Positions 1 to 10,989 of a stretch of DNA of 64,000 nucleotides are shown here, piece by piece. A program made the position numbers and the translations under genes. Origin of the DNA: Tetramitus jugosus (Eukaryota > Protista > Heterolobosea); the NCBI GenBank assembly GCA_937625935.1, contig OW569356.1:310001-374000 (forward strand). Direction: 5' to 3'. The notes beneath the pieces were generated by a model that did not search any database, was not told the DNA's origin, and saw only the letters and a list, made by a program, of their open reading frames with translations. Position 1 is the first letter of the stretch, and each line of letters starts with the position of its first letter.

Positions 1-12
1 GATGATGAACCA

Positions 13-1521
13 TTGTTAGTGTTGTGCAATCTCTTGTATGTGATGATGACCATCATGCTCACTGTCAAGAATAGGGATCACACAGATAAAGAACATCAGC
101 TAATCATGAAAGAGATGCAATCGGACCTGTCGAATGGCTCTGATGGTACTTCTTGTGATGTTGCACAGGACAAGAGTCATTTCGTGTATTTTTGCTTCGA
201 AATGTTACGGGATACAGTTCTATCGAATCACGTTTCGAATTCGCGTTTTCCATTTAAGAAGGTTGTATTATTGATGCAACAGGCTATACTCATTCTATTG
301 AACGAGCCAGTGTCACCCTACGAGCAAGCAAATATGGCGCAATTGAAAACAAAGATCAAAGAAAAGGACATGAACTATTACAAGTATCGTCACTTTAACA
401 GTGAAGAGTCCTTGTTTTCTCAATCTGTTCCCGTTTCAGAGGCAGTTTCAGTGATGAATAGTCAGGAACCAAAGCTCTACCCTTCAGCAAGTGATCCAAA
501 GGTCAATGGCAGGGATCAACAGGAAAGAGAAATGTCTCGAATTTTATTGAGTAATCCAACAAATGCCGAGCTGTTGTATCGAACCATGTATAGTGAATTG
601 CCACCACTTGTGTTATCCTTTTGTAGGTTGATGGTGGCATCATCTTCCCTCGACTACAGAGGATTCATCAACTTTTCTTCGATTCAACAGCAGATTTCGA
701 GTCAAGGAAAAAATGCGGGCTTGGAACTGGAGAGACACAAGAAAATTGTGTTAAAGTCTGTATTAACCATCATTTTCTGCTTGATAAAGCAATGGAAGAA
801 AGATGGACATGCAATGCAAAGTATGAACCTATGTCAGCTGCTTTTAGATGCAAATGCACTGCCCTCACTCGTAAATTTAATCATGGACCAAAACATGACA
901 AAACAATTAGGAGAAGCACCGTATCGCTTAAATATAATAGATGCTGAGTATATTCCAGAGTCGACTGGTATTAACTGGAACAACATGTACATTAATGTTA
1001 CTTGCCTCAGGGTGATTCAGAAGATAACGAAATCTGTATTTTATGGAATTATGTACCTTATTAACAACAGCCTCCATGAAAAGCTGTACGAAATACTCTG
1101 TAGATTAGATCATAAGGCATGTCCACTGTTAGTCACATATGCAAGTAAGATTTTAAAGAACTTGATACCCTTTACCTCAACAGAGTGGCGGACAAGACAC
1201 AACGAATCCCTTGGGTGGGTATATCTACATGTAAATTTAACAATGTGCGACACTTGGCTGCTCTCTTCCAAACGAGGCGTCAACTCCTTAGCAGGCGAAG
1301 CGAAAAAGCAAATTGCTGACAGAAGAGTACGAATCGAGAAGTTCAACTCTCTCCACTACGACAGGTGGTGGGAGAATATGAATGAGTATCTGAAACAACA
1401 ACGAAAAACTGAAGATGACATTTATGATGAACAAGGAAACTTAATGGATGACACTGTGGTCAGAATGTACAACTCCATACAGATTACTGCTGAAGATTGC
1501 CTAAGGGAGCGATTGTTGTAA
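13..1521 (+). CDS. STRIP1/Far11-like STRIPAK component, C-terminal part (probably 5'-truncated by the window edge)
   Basis: The C-terminal segment CLRVIQKITK...YASKILKNLIPFTSTEWR...VYLHVNLTMCDTW resembles the conserved STRIP/Far11 (DUF3402) C-terminus. The frame is open back to the window start. Confidence 0.65.
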   Translation: MLVLCNLLYVMMTIMLTVKNRDHTDKEHQLIMKEMQSDLSNGSDGTSCDVAQDKSHFVYFCFEMLRDTVLSNHVSNSRFPFKKVVLLMQQAILILLNEPVSPYEQANMAQLKTKIKEKDMNYYKYRHFNSEESLFSQSVPVSEAVSVMNSQEPKLYPSASDPKVNGRDQQEREMSRILLSNPTNAELLYRTMYSELPPLVLSFCRLMVASSSLDYRGFINFSSIQQQISSQGKNAGLELERHKKIVLKSVLTIIFCLIKQWKKDGHAMQSMNLCQLLLDANALPSLVNLIMDQNMTKQLGEAPYRLNIIDAEYIPESTGINWNNMYINVTCLRVIQKITKSVFYGIMYLINNSLHEKLYEILCRLDHKACPLLVTYASKILKNLIPFTSTEWRTRHNESLGWVYLHVNLTMCDTWLLSSKRGVNSLAGEAKKQIADRRVRIEKFNSLHYDRWWENMNEYLKQQRKTEDDIYDEQGNLMDDTVVRMYNSIQITAEDCLRERLL

Positions 1522-1560
1522 TTCCAAAAGTAAATAAGTTACACTTCAATTTATCATAAA

Positions 1561-3501
1561 TTACTTTTGTTCTGAGACTTGAGGGGCAGCAGGGGCTGAC
1601 ATTTTGGCAGCTGCAGCAGCACCGAAATCCATTTGCTTCTTTGCCAAACGAGCATAGTAGCCATCAGGGATCTGCAATAGTTCTTGGTGAGTACCCTTCT
1701 CCTTCATTTCTCCCTTGTGCATGACAACAATCATATCAGAGCCAACAATTGTGGCCAATCTGTGGGCAATCACAATCGACGTTCTGCCCTTCATCAATGT
1801 GTTCAAAGCATCTTGGACAATACCTTCTGATTGAGTATCGAGAGCAGAGGTGGCTTCATCCAATAGCAGCAATGATGGATTTTGAATCATGGCTCTTGCA
1901 ATAGCAATTCTTTGTTTTTGACCACCAGACAAGGACACACCTCTCTCACCCATCATTGTATTGTAACCATCAGGCAATTGCGTAATGAAATCGTGGGCAT
2001 TGGCAGCGATAGCAGCCTTTTGAATCTCCTCATCAGAAATCTTCTTGTCTGACACAGCGTACAAGATGTTCTCCTTGATGGTTCCGGCGAAAAGAGTTGG
2101 TTCTTGTGTCACAATACCAATGTTTCTGTGCAACCATCTTGGATCAATATCGGCCAACTTGACCCCATCCAGTTCGATATCTCCACTATCGACTTCATAG
2201 AACCTCTCCAACAATCCAACTATCGTCGATTTACCTGAACCCGAAGAACCTACCAGGGCAACAGACTGACCAGGCTTAATCTCAAGACTAAAGTCCTTCA
2301 AAACTTGGACGCCAGGACGAGAAGGATAGGTAAAGTTAATGTTACGGAAGGACAAGTTTCCTTCAATCTTGTTTGGTGTCAAACCGCCAGATGGCTTCAT
2401 TCCTGGCTTTCTCTTGATCACCTTGAGCATGTTTCTGACTGCAGGCTCGGCCTTGCTGAGATCAGGAAGCAATTGCAAAGCCATCAGAATACCAACCACC
2501 GCAATCATTGTCAAACCAAACACCTGCATCATGTCACCAGTGGTCAATTCTCCTTGCAGACTCAATCTTCCACCGAACCAGAAACCAAGAGCAATATCAC
2601 CCCAGATGAAGAAACTGAGAATACCAACAGTGAATCCCAATCCTGAGGCCTTCAAGATGAACCAAGGCTCAGCAGACTTCAACTTTTTCAAGTATCTTGC
2701 CTTTTCCTTTTCTTCACCATCCATGGATCTCACAGTTCTCATTGCAGAAATCACTTCATTGGCAACTGCAGCGGCAGCTGTGACTCTTGTAGTGATAGCA
2801 CCAGTGAACACACGAGTAAGAGCACCGACACCCACCAAGAAGACAAACAGCAGAGGACTGACAGCAATCATGACCAAAGCCATCTTCCAACCTGAAATGA
2901 TAGCGAAGATAACACCGAGAATACCTTGAACGAGGAACTTTCCAATTTCGCCCAACTTTGTCGTGTAAGCATCTTGAATCACTTCCGTGTCGGCCATCTC
3001 TGACACGAGTTGACCCGTTCTCTTAATATCAAAGTAACCCACTTCTTGATCCAACAGGGAGTCAAAATAAGCAACCTTCAATCGGTTACCAAACCTATCG
3101 TGAGCCAAATTCATCGCGGCTTGTTGCAACCATGAACCTACGAATGAAACAGCAGCAACAATGGCCAAATACATTGCACATCGATTCACAAGTGTTTGGA
3201 AGGATGCAGCAGTACGGATAGCGGCAGCTGCATTCACAATTGCGCTCGTGGAAGCTGCAGTGGACACTGTTAGACCATCGATCAAATCTCCTAGAACCAA
3301 GTAGAGCACAATAGGTGTAGCTCCAGTGATGGCAGCACCGAACAAGCCAAATAGAATCAAAAAGGAATCTAGACCCAAGTACCACAGAATGATGAGAGGT
3401 GTACGAATGGTTGGTTCTCTCGAATCCTCCAACACTTCTTCATCTGCGCCGAGCTCTTGGGAATCCTTCTTCTTTTCCTTCCTGCTGAACTTTCTCTTCA
3501 T
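1561..3501 (-). CDS. ABCB-family ABC half transporter (TMD + NBD)
   Basis: Multi-TM N-terminal half, Walker A GSSGSGKST, Q-loop VTQEP, signature LSGGQKQRIAIARA, Walker B LLLLDEATSALD, H-loop AHRL. Confidence 0.95.
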   Translation of the reverse strand: MKRKFSRKEKKKDSQELGADEEVLEDSREPTIRTPLIILWYLGLDSFLILFGLFGAAITGATPIVLYLVLGDLIDGLTVSTAASTSAIVNAAAAIRTAASFQTLVNRCAMYLAIVAAVSFVGSWLQQAAMNLAHDRFGNRLKVAYFDSLLDQEVGYFDIKRTGQLVSEMADTEVIQDAYTTKLGEIGKFLVQGILGVIFAIISGWKMALVMIAVSPLLFVFLVGVGALTRVFTGAITTRVTAAAAVANEVISAMRTVRSMDGEEKEKARYLKKLKSAEPWFILKASGLGFTVGILSFFIWGDIALGFWFGGRLSLQGELTTGDMMQVFGLTMIAVVGILMALQLLPDLSKAEPAVRNMLKVIKRKPGMKPSGGLTPNKIEGNLSFRNINFTYPSRPGVQVLKDFSLEIKPGQSVALVGSSGSGKSTIVGLLERFYEVDSGDIELDGVKLADIDPRWLHRNIGIVTQEPTLFAGTIKENILYAVSDKKISDEEIQKAAIAANAHDFITQLPDGYNTMMGERGVSLSGGQKQRIAIARAMIQNPSLLLLDEATSALDTQSEGIVQDALNTLMKGRTSIVIAHRLATIVGSDMIVVMHKGEMKEKGTHQELLQIPDGYYARLAKKQMDFGAAAAAKMSAPAAPQVSEQK

Positions 3502-3827
3502 GTTGTTGTCTATATATTTGTGTTGTTGTTGTTGTTGAGTGTTGTTTGGGTATGGTTGTCAGCCGAAGTTTCTGTGCAAGGAGAATCGAGCACAGAAAAA
3601 CACTATCAACGGGAATTGGCTGATGGCGAAGAAGGGCATTTTCGCAGTGTCCGTATTTGTCGGCGTTCAGGAGATTTCAACCCAAAAGGAAAGCCGATGA
3701 GCAAATTCTCTTGAAACGCTCATCTATCGGAGCTACGATTGTTTTTTCCTCCGAAGGGCGAGAACAATTGTTCATAACGTTGGCAGATGATTGATGCTCA
3801 CGAGGATGTCCGTATTTCACCAGTCAT

Positions 3828-5754
3828 TCATTTATTTTGGAAGAATGAGGCGATAGAGGGAGATTGGTCAGTCTTTTGCTTCTTGGCTGATTGTTGGGAG
3901 CTGGAAGGACTCTTCCGTTTGATCCGCAGAGTGCTTTTGCCTTTTTGTTTGTTCTGTTGAGAATTGCTTGAGGATGGAGATGTGCTTGTAGAAGAAACAG
4001 AAATCTTCTTTTCCAATGTTTTCATAATGTGGAGTTGTTCCGAAACGTTCACTTGGGACAGATCAACGAAGTCTTCGTCGAAAATATCAATACTGTTGGA
4101 GATGTTACTGCCACTCTGACTATCATCAAATGATGGTATCTCAACGACTTCTGCTTTGAGTTCCTCTTTCGGGAGTGCAGCGGGAGGACTGAAGTCTCGT
4201 TTCGAGCCTGAGTTGGCATTGGCTACCTTGTTCTCGGTCTGCTTTGTACCGAAGAAGGAAGTAATTTTGCCCACTTGTGATGCAACAGCTCCTACTGTGG
4301 ACTTGATAGCTCCACCAACGCTGAAGAAGTTGGTTATTTTATGATTGTTCGTTACTTCTACCTTCTTGAATGTTCGATTAATTTTGGCGGTGGACTTTTC
4401 TCCCTGATTCGATAACAACCCAGTAGGGACAGAGAGTTTCAGTTTCAAAGGAGCGTGCATAAAGGCTTCACTCAAATAATTTTTGATCTGCATCAAGTCT
4501 TTTTGATCTTTGTAGACAGTGGGCCGGAGTTCCTTAACCCTTAGCAACTGAACACAATCTTTTAACTCTGCAAACGACGAATGTTCAGAGTACGGTACAG
4601 ATACTACAGTGATATTGCTTCTGCGTTGATAAACCACATCAACATGCACAAATCCTTCGTTATCAATTCTCTTGTTTTTTGGTAGTGGTACATCGACATC
4701 GAAATGATCGTCCAAGGAGCATGATGTGTTCAGGTCAGATGACGTCGGGATATCCATTTCAGAGAAGCACCAGGCACTTGGTCTAAAGGCAATAATTTCG
4801 TCATATCCAGAAAACGCTCGCCTCAATTCGAATAATTTGTTCCAGGCTAAATCGAACATACGTATCATGTGAACTTGGGATTGTGATGGATTTGTAGTGA
4901 AAATGTTCAGATAGGGCACTTCCAACAGCTCTAACACCTGATATCTCTCACGTGTTACATATACTTTACAGCCACAGGATTCATTGATACGTTGTGCTAT
5001 TCGCTCTTTTCCTATCTGATATGTTCCAAATAAGAAGAGATATCGTTTTCCATCTCCCGATGTCAACTTTGATTTTACAAAATCGGCAATGAATCGAGTC
5101 GCTTCTGTTTGCTTCGGGAATGAGTAGGCAGGATTGCAGTAAGTCGTATCAATGTACAATGCATCCAATGCCTTTGTTTTGATGGGTGGTACATCATCAT
5201 CAGCTTCGTCTTCCTGCGTCTCCTCCTTTTTCGTTACTCGCTGCTGCTCTTGTGGTCTGAAGTATGGTTTCAATGTTTCATATGTACTGAACAACTCTTT
5301 GTCAAATCTCATGTCTCCCGTGTGCAAATACGCTTTTCCATCGGGTGTTTCAAACAACATGCAACTCGATCCAGGGCAATGGTTAGCATCATAGAGCACA
5401 ACCCTTACATTCTCAATCACATAAATAGTATCCAACTCCAAGGTATGGAAGTATGTTGGAGCAATATTGAATTTGAGTTGAGCTAGACGAGCTGTTGCCT
5501 TTGTGCAGTAAATTGTGCCGTGTTTCCACGTTTTTGTCAATCCAGCATAGTGATCGGCATGAAAATGACTGTGTCACAAACGAGCAATCCAATGAGTCAG
5601 TCCGTGGCGCGGTGTAAATGTGAATAAAGGGTCTAGCAATGAAAACATACGTCAAAAAGTAATGTTTATAATCCTTCTTGTTCTTGATTTGAAAGCCATC
5701 GACAACAAATTTTGTTCCAGGAATGATCTTGACAGATTCGTCTTTTGTTGCCAT
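3828..5754 (-). CDS. SNM1: SNM1/PSO2 (DCLRE1A-like) DNA cross-link repair metallo-beta-lactamase/beta-CASP nuclease; 2 exons, intron 5569-5650
   Basis: Splicing GTATGT...CAG restores FVVDGF...YFLTHFHADHYAGL. Also present: ANHCPGS, HTGDMR, LYIDTTY, VPYSEHSSF. Confidence 0.9.
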
Positions 5755-5919
5755 GTTGGTAATGGTGCACGTGTTGAGTTTTCTGGCACAAGAGGAAATT
5801 TGTTCTTTGAGAAAAAGATCGAACGAAATCTGGAAGTCCCGAAAATAATGGCGCGAAAAAAATACTTCAATCGATTCGCTGAACGATCCTTGTGCAACGC
5901 ACAATAAAAAAACAACGAC

Positions 5920-8745
5920 ATGAGTGATCCAGCAGTCATACAACTATCAGCACAACGGTTGCGTCATGACACAAGCAGCAGTGATAGCAGTAGTGACGAA
6001 AATGACTCAAAGCTACGCAGTCAACAGCAACAAAAAATGAAACGAAAGAGACAATCATCAACGAAAAACGCCAATTCCGATTCCGATTCATTACCATCAT
6101 CAAACAAAAGCAGAAATGTCAGACAACGAAGAAGCAAAAGAAGTGGCAGCAGTAGCAGTGGTAGTAGTAGTAGTAGCAGTAGTGACAGTGATGATAACAT
6201 GGACTATGTTCGAATGAGACGTCAGAATCATCATCGTAACACAATTGCTCAATCAGAAACAATCAATGATCCTTCTCTCTCAGAACAAGCGCCCAAACAA
6301 ACCAATGAACAAACAGAAGAGACAACTTCTTCATCCACCACCATCACCCCTACTCATCATCCATCCAACAACAACAACAACAATGCTGTGATGACTGACA
6401 CTCGTCACGGTAGAAAGAGACACGACAGTGAAAGCAGCAGCAGCAGTAGCGATAGTGATGATGATAAGAATGAAGCAAGAAGAAGAAGAAGCAGCAGCAA
6501 AAGAACATTGTCATCATCACCTGTTGAGTCCTCTCGTCCTGCACAGCAAGGCACACCAGAGAAACATGACATGAATCATAGAGAAGAAAGTCATCGATCG
6601 AGACACAAGAATGATCGTAGATATGGTGATGATGATGATGATGGATATCGCAGAGAAGAACGCAGTAGACGTAGACGCCACGATAGTCCATCACCTTCAC
6701 CACCACCAATGCGTGGTAATCATCATCGCAGAACAAGCGAAAGAGAGGAGGACAAGTCATCTCGTAGTGGTGAACGTGATCATCAAAATCCAATATCCTA
6801 TTATCACATTCGTGGTCAAGATGACGATCGAAGAAGCAGCAGAAGGCAATCACCACCACCTTCTCCACGTGATGATCATTATGGTGATAGACGATCATTG
6901 TACAATCGATATGATGATCATCGTGGTGATGGTGGTGATGGTAGATCAAGGAGACCAATGATGGATCGAAGAGAGATGGAACGTGAGAGACAGAGGAGAG
7001 AACGTAGAGAAAGAAGAGAAGGGTATTCCCCTTCTTCTTCCAGGTACTTTTCTCGCTATTCTCCCTCCTCTGATAGGCGTAGATCTCGCAGAGATGAAGG
7101 CTCAAAGCCTGAAGATTTGATCTCTAAATTGAGAGCTGGTGGTGTCTACATTCCTCCTTTTAAGCTCAGAAAACTTCAAAAACAAGTGACCGATAAGAAG
7201 ACAATAGAGTTTCAGAGATTGAATTGGGATGCGTTGAGGAAGTCCATCAATGGTATCATTAACAAGGTCAATATCAACAATATTGTTCATGTTGTCGTCG
7301 AGTTGTTCGGTGAGAATTTAGTGAGAGGACGTGGCTTGCTTGCACGTGCCATCATGAAGGCACAAGCTGCTTCACCTTCGTTCACTCATGTTTATGCTTC
7401 GCTACTGGCAATTGTCAACACCAAAATACCTGAGATTGGTGAGTTGGTTCTGAAGCGATTAGTTGCAACCTTTAGGAAGGCATATCAACGAAATGATAAG
7501 GTGAATTGTATCGCATTTTGTAAATTTATCGCACATTTGGTGAATCATCAAGTAGCACATGAGGTTTTAGCCGGTCAATTCCTTGGGTTGCTGCTTGAGA
7601 AGCCAACAGATGATTCTGTTGAGCTAGCTGTTTCTTTTACAAAGGAATGTGGTCAAGCAATGTCTGCCGTAGCACCAAAAATTATTCATGCTGTTTTCGA
7701 AAGATTCAGAAGCATATTGCACGAGGGACAAATCGATAAGAGAGTACAGTACATTATAGAAAGTTTGTTTGAGGTTCGAAGAAAGAAATTTGAAAACTTC
7801 CCTGCCATACTTACTGAACTCGATCTCGTAGAGGAAGATGATCGAATTACACATGAGATTGAGCTGGATGAAGAGTTTGACACCGAGGATCAATTGGATC
7901 AATTCCACATGGATGATAACTTTGAGATTAACGAACAAAAATATAGAGACATTAAGATTGAGATTCTCGGTTTTGATCCAAACTCCAATGAAAGCGATGA
8001 TGAAGGAGATCTGGAGGAAGAAGAAGCAGTCCCAAAGGCAGAGATTGTAGAAAATATGACCGAAGAAGAAGTACAGAACTTCAAACGAACGATCTATGGT
8101 ATTATTATGTCCTCTTTGAACTTTGAGGAGAGTGCGCATAAGCTATTGAGGAGTGGTCTTCTCCGTAATCATGAAATGGAATTTTGTTCAATGTTGATTG
8201 AATGTTGTGGTCAGGAGCGAACATTTGTCAAATACTATGGCCTACTCGGTCAACGATTTTGCCAAATAGCTCGAATCTATCAAGAAAAGTTTGAAGAGTG
8301 CTTCGAGTTGCAGTATAGCATGGTTCACAGATTAGATTCAGTCAAGATGAGAAATATAGCCCAATTCTATGCATTCCTCATGTATAATGATGCATTGCCA
8401 TGGGGATTTTTAACTTATGTGAAGATTAATCCCACGGACACTACTCCAGCAAGCAGAATTTTTATTATGATAATATTCCAAGAACTTTCAGAACAACTTG
8501 GTACGGCAAAGCTTGTCGCAAAGCTCCGAGAAGATGTCATGAAACCCTATGTTCAAGGATTGTTCCCAACCGATAATCCAAAGAACACACGTTTTGCAAT
8601 CAATTACTGGATATCGATAGGTTTGGGTGATCTTTCTGTAGATCTCAAGGAGCACTTAAAGACTGCACCACGTATTATCTCTAAAGATTCAGACAGTGAC
8701 AGTTCTGATAGCGATAGCAGCAGCAGTTCTTCAGACAGCGATTAA
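5920..8745 (+). CDS. CWC22: Pre-mRNA splicing factor CWC22 (MIF4G + MA3) with a long RS/D-rich N-terminus
   Basis: GGVYIPPFKL, WDALRKSINGIINKVN, AQAASPSFTHVY, NTRFAINYWISIGLG. Confidence 0.95.
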   Translation: MSDPAVIQLSAQRLRHDTSSSDSSSDENDSKLRSQQQQKMKRKRQSSTKNANSDSDSLPSSNKSRNVRQRRSKRSGSSSSGSSSSSSSDSDDNMDYVRMRRQNHHRNTIAQSETINDPSLSEQAPKQTNEQTEETTSSSTTITPTHHPSNNNNNNAVMTDTRHGRKRHDSESSSSSSDSDDDKNEARRRRSSSKRTLSSSPVESSRPAQQGTPEKHDMNHREESHRSRHKNDRRYGDDDDDGYRREERSRRRRHDSPSPSPPPMRGNHHRRTSEREEDKSSRSGERDHQNPISYYHIRGQDDDRRSSRRQSPPPSPRDDHYGDRRSLYNRYDDHRGDGGDGRSRRPMMDRREMERERQRRERRERREGYSPSSSRYFSRYSPSSDRRRSRRDEGSKPEDLISKLRAGGVYIPPFKLRKLQKQVTDKKTIEFQRLNWDALRKSINGIINKVNINNIVHVVVELFGENLVRGRGLLARAIMKAQAASPSFTHVYASLLAIVNTKIPEIGELVLKRLVATFRKAYQRNDKVNCIAFCKFIAHLVNHQVAHEVLAGQFLGLLLEKPTDDSVELAVSFTKECGQAMSAVAPKIIHAVFERFRSILHEGQIDKRVQYIIESLFEVRRKKFENFPAILTELDLVEEDDRITHEIELDEEFDTEDQLDQFHMDDNFEINEQKYRDIKIEILGFDPNSNESDDEGDLEEEEAVPKAEIVENMTEEEVQNFKRTIYGIIMSSLNFEESAHKLLRSGLLRNHEMEFCSMLIECCGQERTFVKYYGLLGQRFCQIARIYQEKFEECFELQYSMVHRLDSVKMRNIAQFYAFLMYNDALPWGFLTYVKINPTDTTPASRIFIMIIFQELSEQLGTAKLVAKLREDVMKPYVQGLFPTDNPKNTRFAINYWISIGLGDLSVDLKEHLKTAPRIISKDSDSDSSDSDSSSSSSDSD

Positions 8746-8748
8746 ATT

Positions 8749-10812
8749 TCATTGATATTGGATAGTCATTAGGTGCTTCCATTTTCTTAAATTCTTCATA
8801 CCCTCAAGCGTGTTTCTTCTCTTTGGAACCGAGTAAAAATTGATAAAACTCTTAATAGACTCATAACTTGGTTTCAGGTTTCTCTCTGAATGCATTTGGT
8901 ATAATTTCAGCGCTTCCCGTTCTTTCTCTCGCATTAGATAACCTCCAATCATGAGTTCCAGTGAAGTTTTGGTAACTTGCTTGCCACGCTCAATCATCAT
9001 CCGACTGAACACTTCTCGTGCTTCATTCATATCAACATTACCCTCCGTCGAGCAATAGTACGCGATAAACCGGTGATAGATATCGAAAGGTAGTTGTCTA
9101 TACTTTTTCTTCATTAAACGGAAGACAGTCCATGCCTGATTAATGTTATGTTGCTTGATAAATGCAGATATTAATATTTGATATGATGTTTCGTCATCTG
9201 CTTGCGATTCCAATAGTAACTCGTACGCTCGATCAGGGTTATTTTGCTGACAGTACGCAGATAGAAGAATGTTAAAACATTTTGGATCTCTTGGCATTTT
9301 CAGGTCATTCTCCAAATAGTCAAGTGTACGCTCAATCTCCGTAGTATATGGACCATAATTCAAAAGTGCTTGCAATGTACCATAAATTATTAAAATCTTA
9401 TCATTTTCCTGTAATTGGACATCAGATAATGCTTCTATAAACTGTTTTCTCGCAGTGTCAATGTCTCCCTTAATAATCTGCAATACAACCGCTTCAGTAA
9501 TGAGAGATGAAGGTTGTGGTATTCCAGCACTCTTGACATGATTGACAATATTGACTGCTTCTTCAACTGCTCCATTCTTCTTGTACAAGGTGACCATCAA
9601 TCGATACGTGTATAAAGTTGGTTCCAATCCATACTTTTTCTTGATATCGTCGAATAATTTTTTCGTTTGTTCTAAATTGTTATTATCTCCGTAGCATGTC
9701 AGAATTTGATTCAACATGGCAAAACTAGGAACGATCTTAAAATTGTCAAACATAATATTCATAAGGGAGTGGGCATAGAAGGCGTTATTTCGTGCAACCA
9801 GGGCAGATATCAAATAATCAAACGTAACTCGATCGGGTTTCATGTTGTCAGACTCTGATTGTAACATGTACTCAAACACTTCACACCCGGCCCATAGACG
9901 ATTATTCTCAATTAAGGCACTAATCAATTGATTGCACATCTTTGAACTCCACTGCTTAATAATTGCGTGATTCGAATTAACATCCAAAATGCGGTCAATA
10001 GAACGAAAATATCCAATCTGTATACATGCGGAGAACATCTTGCGCATAAAAGCACCGGACAGCTCAACTGGCGAGTTGACATAGAGTCGCAATGCCTGTC
10101 TCGGTCTTTTATTCTGAATCAACCCCAAAATAAGAATAGCAATGACATCCGGACCAATATTCGACTCATTCAATTGATTCTTAAACATTTGAAGAGCAAC
10201 ATCAATACGTCCCTCTCTATTAAAATAATCAATACAAGCATTGGCCGTCACTGCGTCAATAGGCACTCCGTACTTCATGGAGAATGCTTGAACCTTCATC
10301 AAGTATTCCAAATTTTCCCTCTTGCACAACATGATCATCAAATGATTGATTGCTTTGTTTACACAGTCCAATAGAGCAACTCGTTGCGTATCTGTTCCGT
10401 CCTTTTCCTTCATTTCTTCCTCTTGAGTGACAACATTGTCGAGAAAAGTAGTGGTCAAAAGGATCAAGTCTTTGGACGGCAATAGATTTCGAGTGAACGC
10501 CGAATAAGGAATACTCTTTGGTGGCAGCACCGCTCGATTCAATTGAGCATTAATAGAGTTGATCGTTTCATTGAGGTCATACTTTACGGCAGATGCTTGC
10601 AATGGATGCAAAATGCTGCTGACTCTAGACGCGTTCTTGTCGTACCGTTCCTTCTGTTGGATCGCTGAGGCAACAGAGTTGGTTGATGACGATCGCAATA
10701 AATATCCAAATTGATTCCAAACCACCAGGTGAGGCAACCTTGGTTCTCGAACCAAGCTGTTTCGCGACAGCAAGTGTCTGTTCATGCAAACACGGTTCAA
10801 GCTTCTGTGCAT
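8749..10812 (-). CDS. Pentatricopeptide-repeat (PPR) protein, probably mitochondrial
   Basis: 35-aa repeats such as KPDRVTFDYLISAL, EPTLYTYRLMVTLY and PKCFNILLSAYCQ. Arg/Ser/Leu-rich presequence-like N-terminus. Confidence 0.8.
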   Translation of the reverse strand: MHRSLNRVCMNRHLLSRNSLVREPRLPHLVVWNQFGYLLRSSSTNSVASAIQQKERYDKNASRVSSILHPLQASAVKYDLNETINSINAQLNRAVLPPKSIPYSAFTRNLLPSKDLILLTTTFLDNVVTQEEEMKEKDGTDTQRVALLDCVNKAINHLMIMLCKRENLEYLMKVQAFSMKYGVPIDAVTANACIDYFNREGRIDVALQMFKNQLNESNIGPDVIAILILGLIQNKRPRQALRLYVNSPVELSGAFMRKMFSACIQIGYFRSIDRILDVNSNHAIIKQWSSKMCNQLISALIENNRLWAGCEVFEYMLQSESDNMKPDRVTFDYLISALVARNNAFYAHSLMNIMFDNFKIVPSFAMLNQILTCYGDNNNLEQTKKLFDDIKKKYGLEPTLYTYRLMVTLYKKNGAVEEAVNIVNHVKSAGIPQPSSLITEAVVLQIIKGDIDTARKQFIEALSDVQLQENDKILIIYGTLQALLNYGPYTTEIERTLDYLENDLKMPRDPKCFNILLSAYCQQNNPDRAYELLLESQADDETSYQILISAFIKQHNINQAWTVFRLMKKKYRQLPFDIYHRFIAYYCSTEGNVDMNEAREVFSRMMIERGKQVTKTSLELMIGGYLMREKEREALKLYQMHSERNLKPSYESIKSFINFYSVPKRRNTLEGMKNLRKWKHLMTIQYQ

Positions 10813-10989
10813 TTTTCGTCAATTTTTTTCCGATGTTCGGGAGATTTCAATTGTAATGTTGTTGTAAGTTCCTGTTTCCCCGAATTCTATTGTTAGAGAA
10901 GTTTTCCAAGGAGAAGTGATCGAAAAAGTTTGTTCAACAAAAAGCTTCAGAAACCATCAAACAGAACGCACATATTTGATATTCTCAAA

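Noticed and set aside
6350-7105. Long antisense or alternate-frame ORFs (also 2339-2929, 37687-38271, 62387-62959 and similar)
   Set aside because: Shadows of real CDSs or trinucleotide repeats, with no recognisable motifs.
8749-10812. DYW-type RNA-editing PPR protein
   Set aside because: No HxE/CxxC deaminase motif or DYW C-terminus; it looks like a plain P-type PPR.
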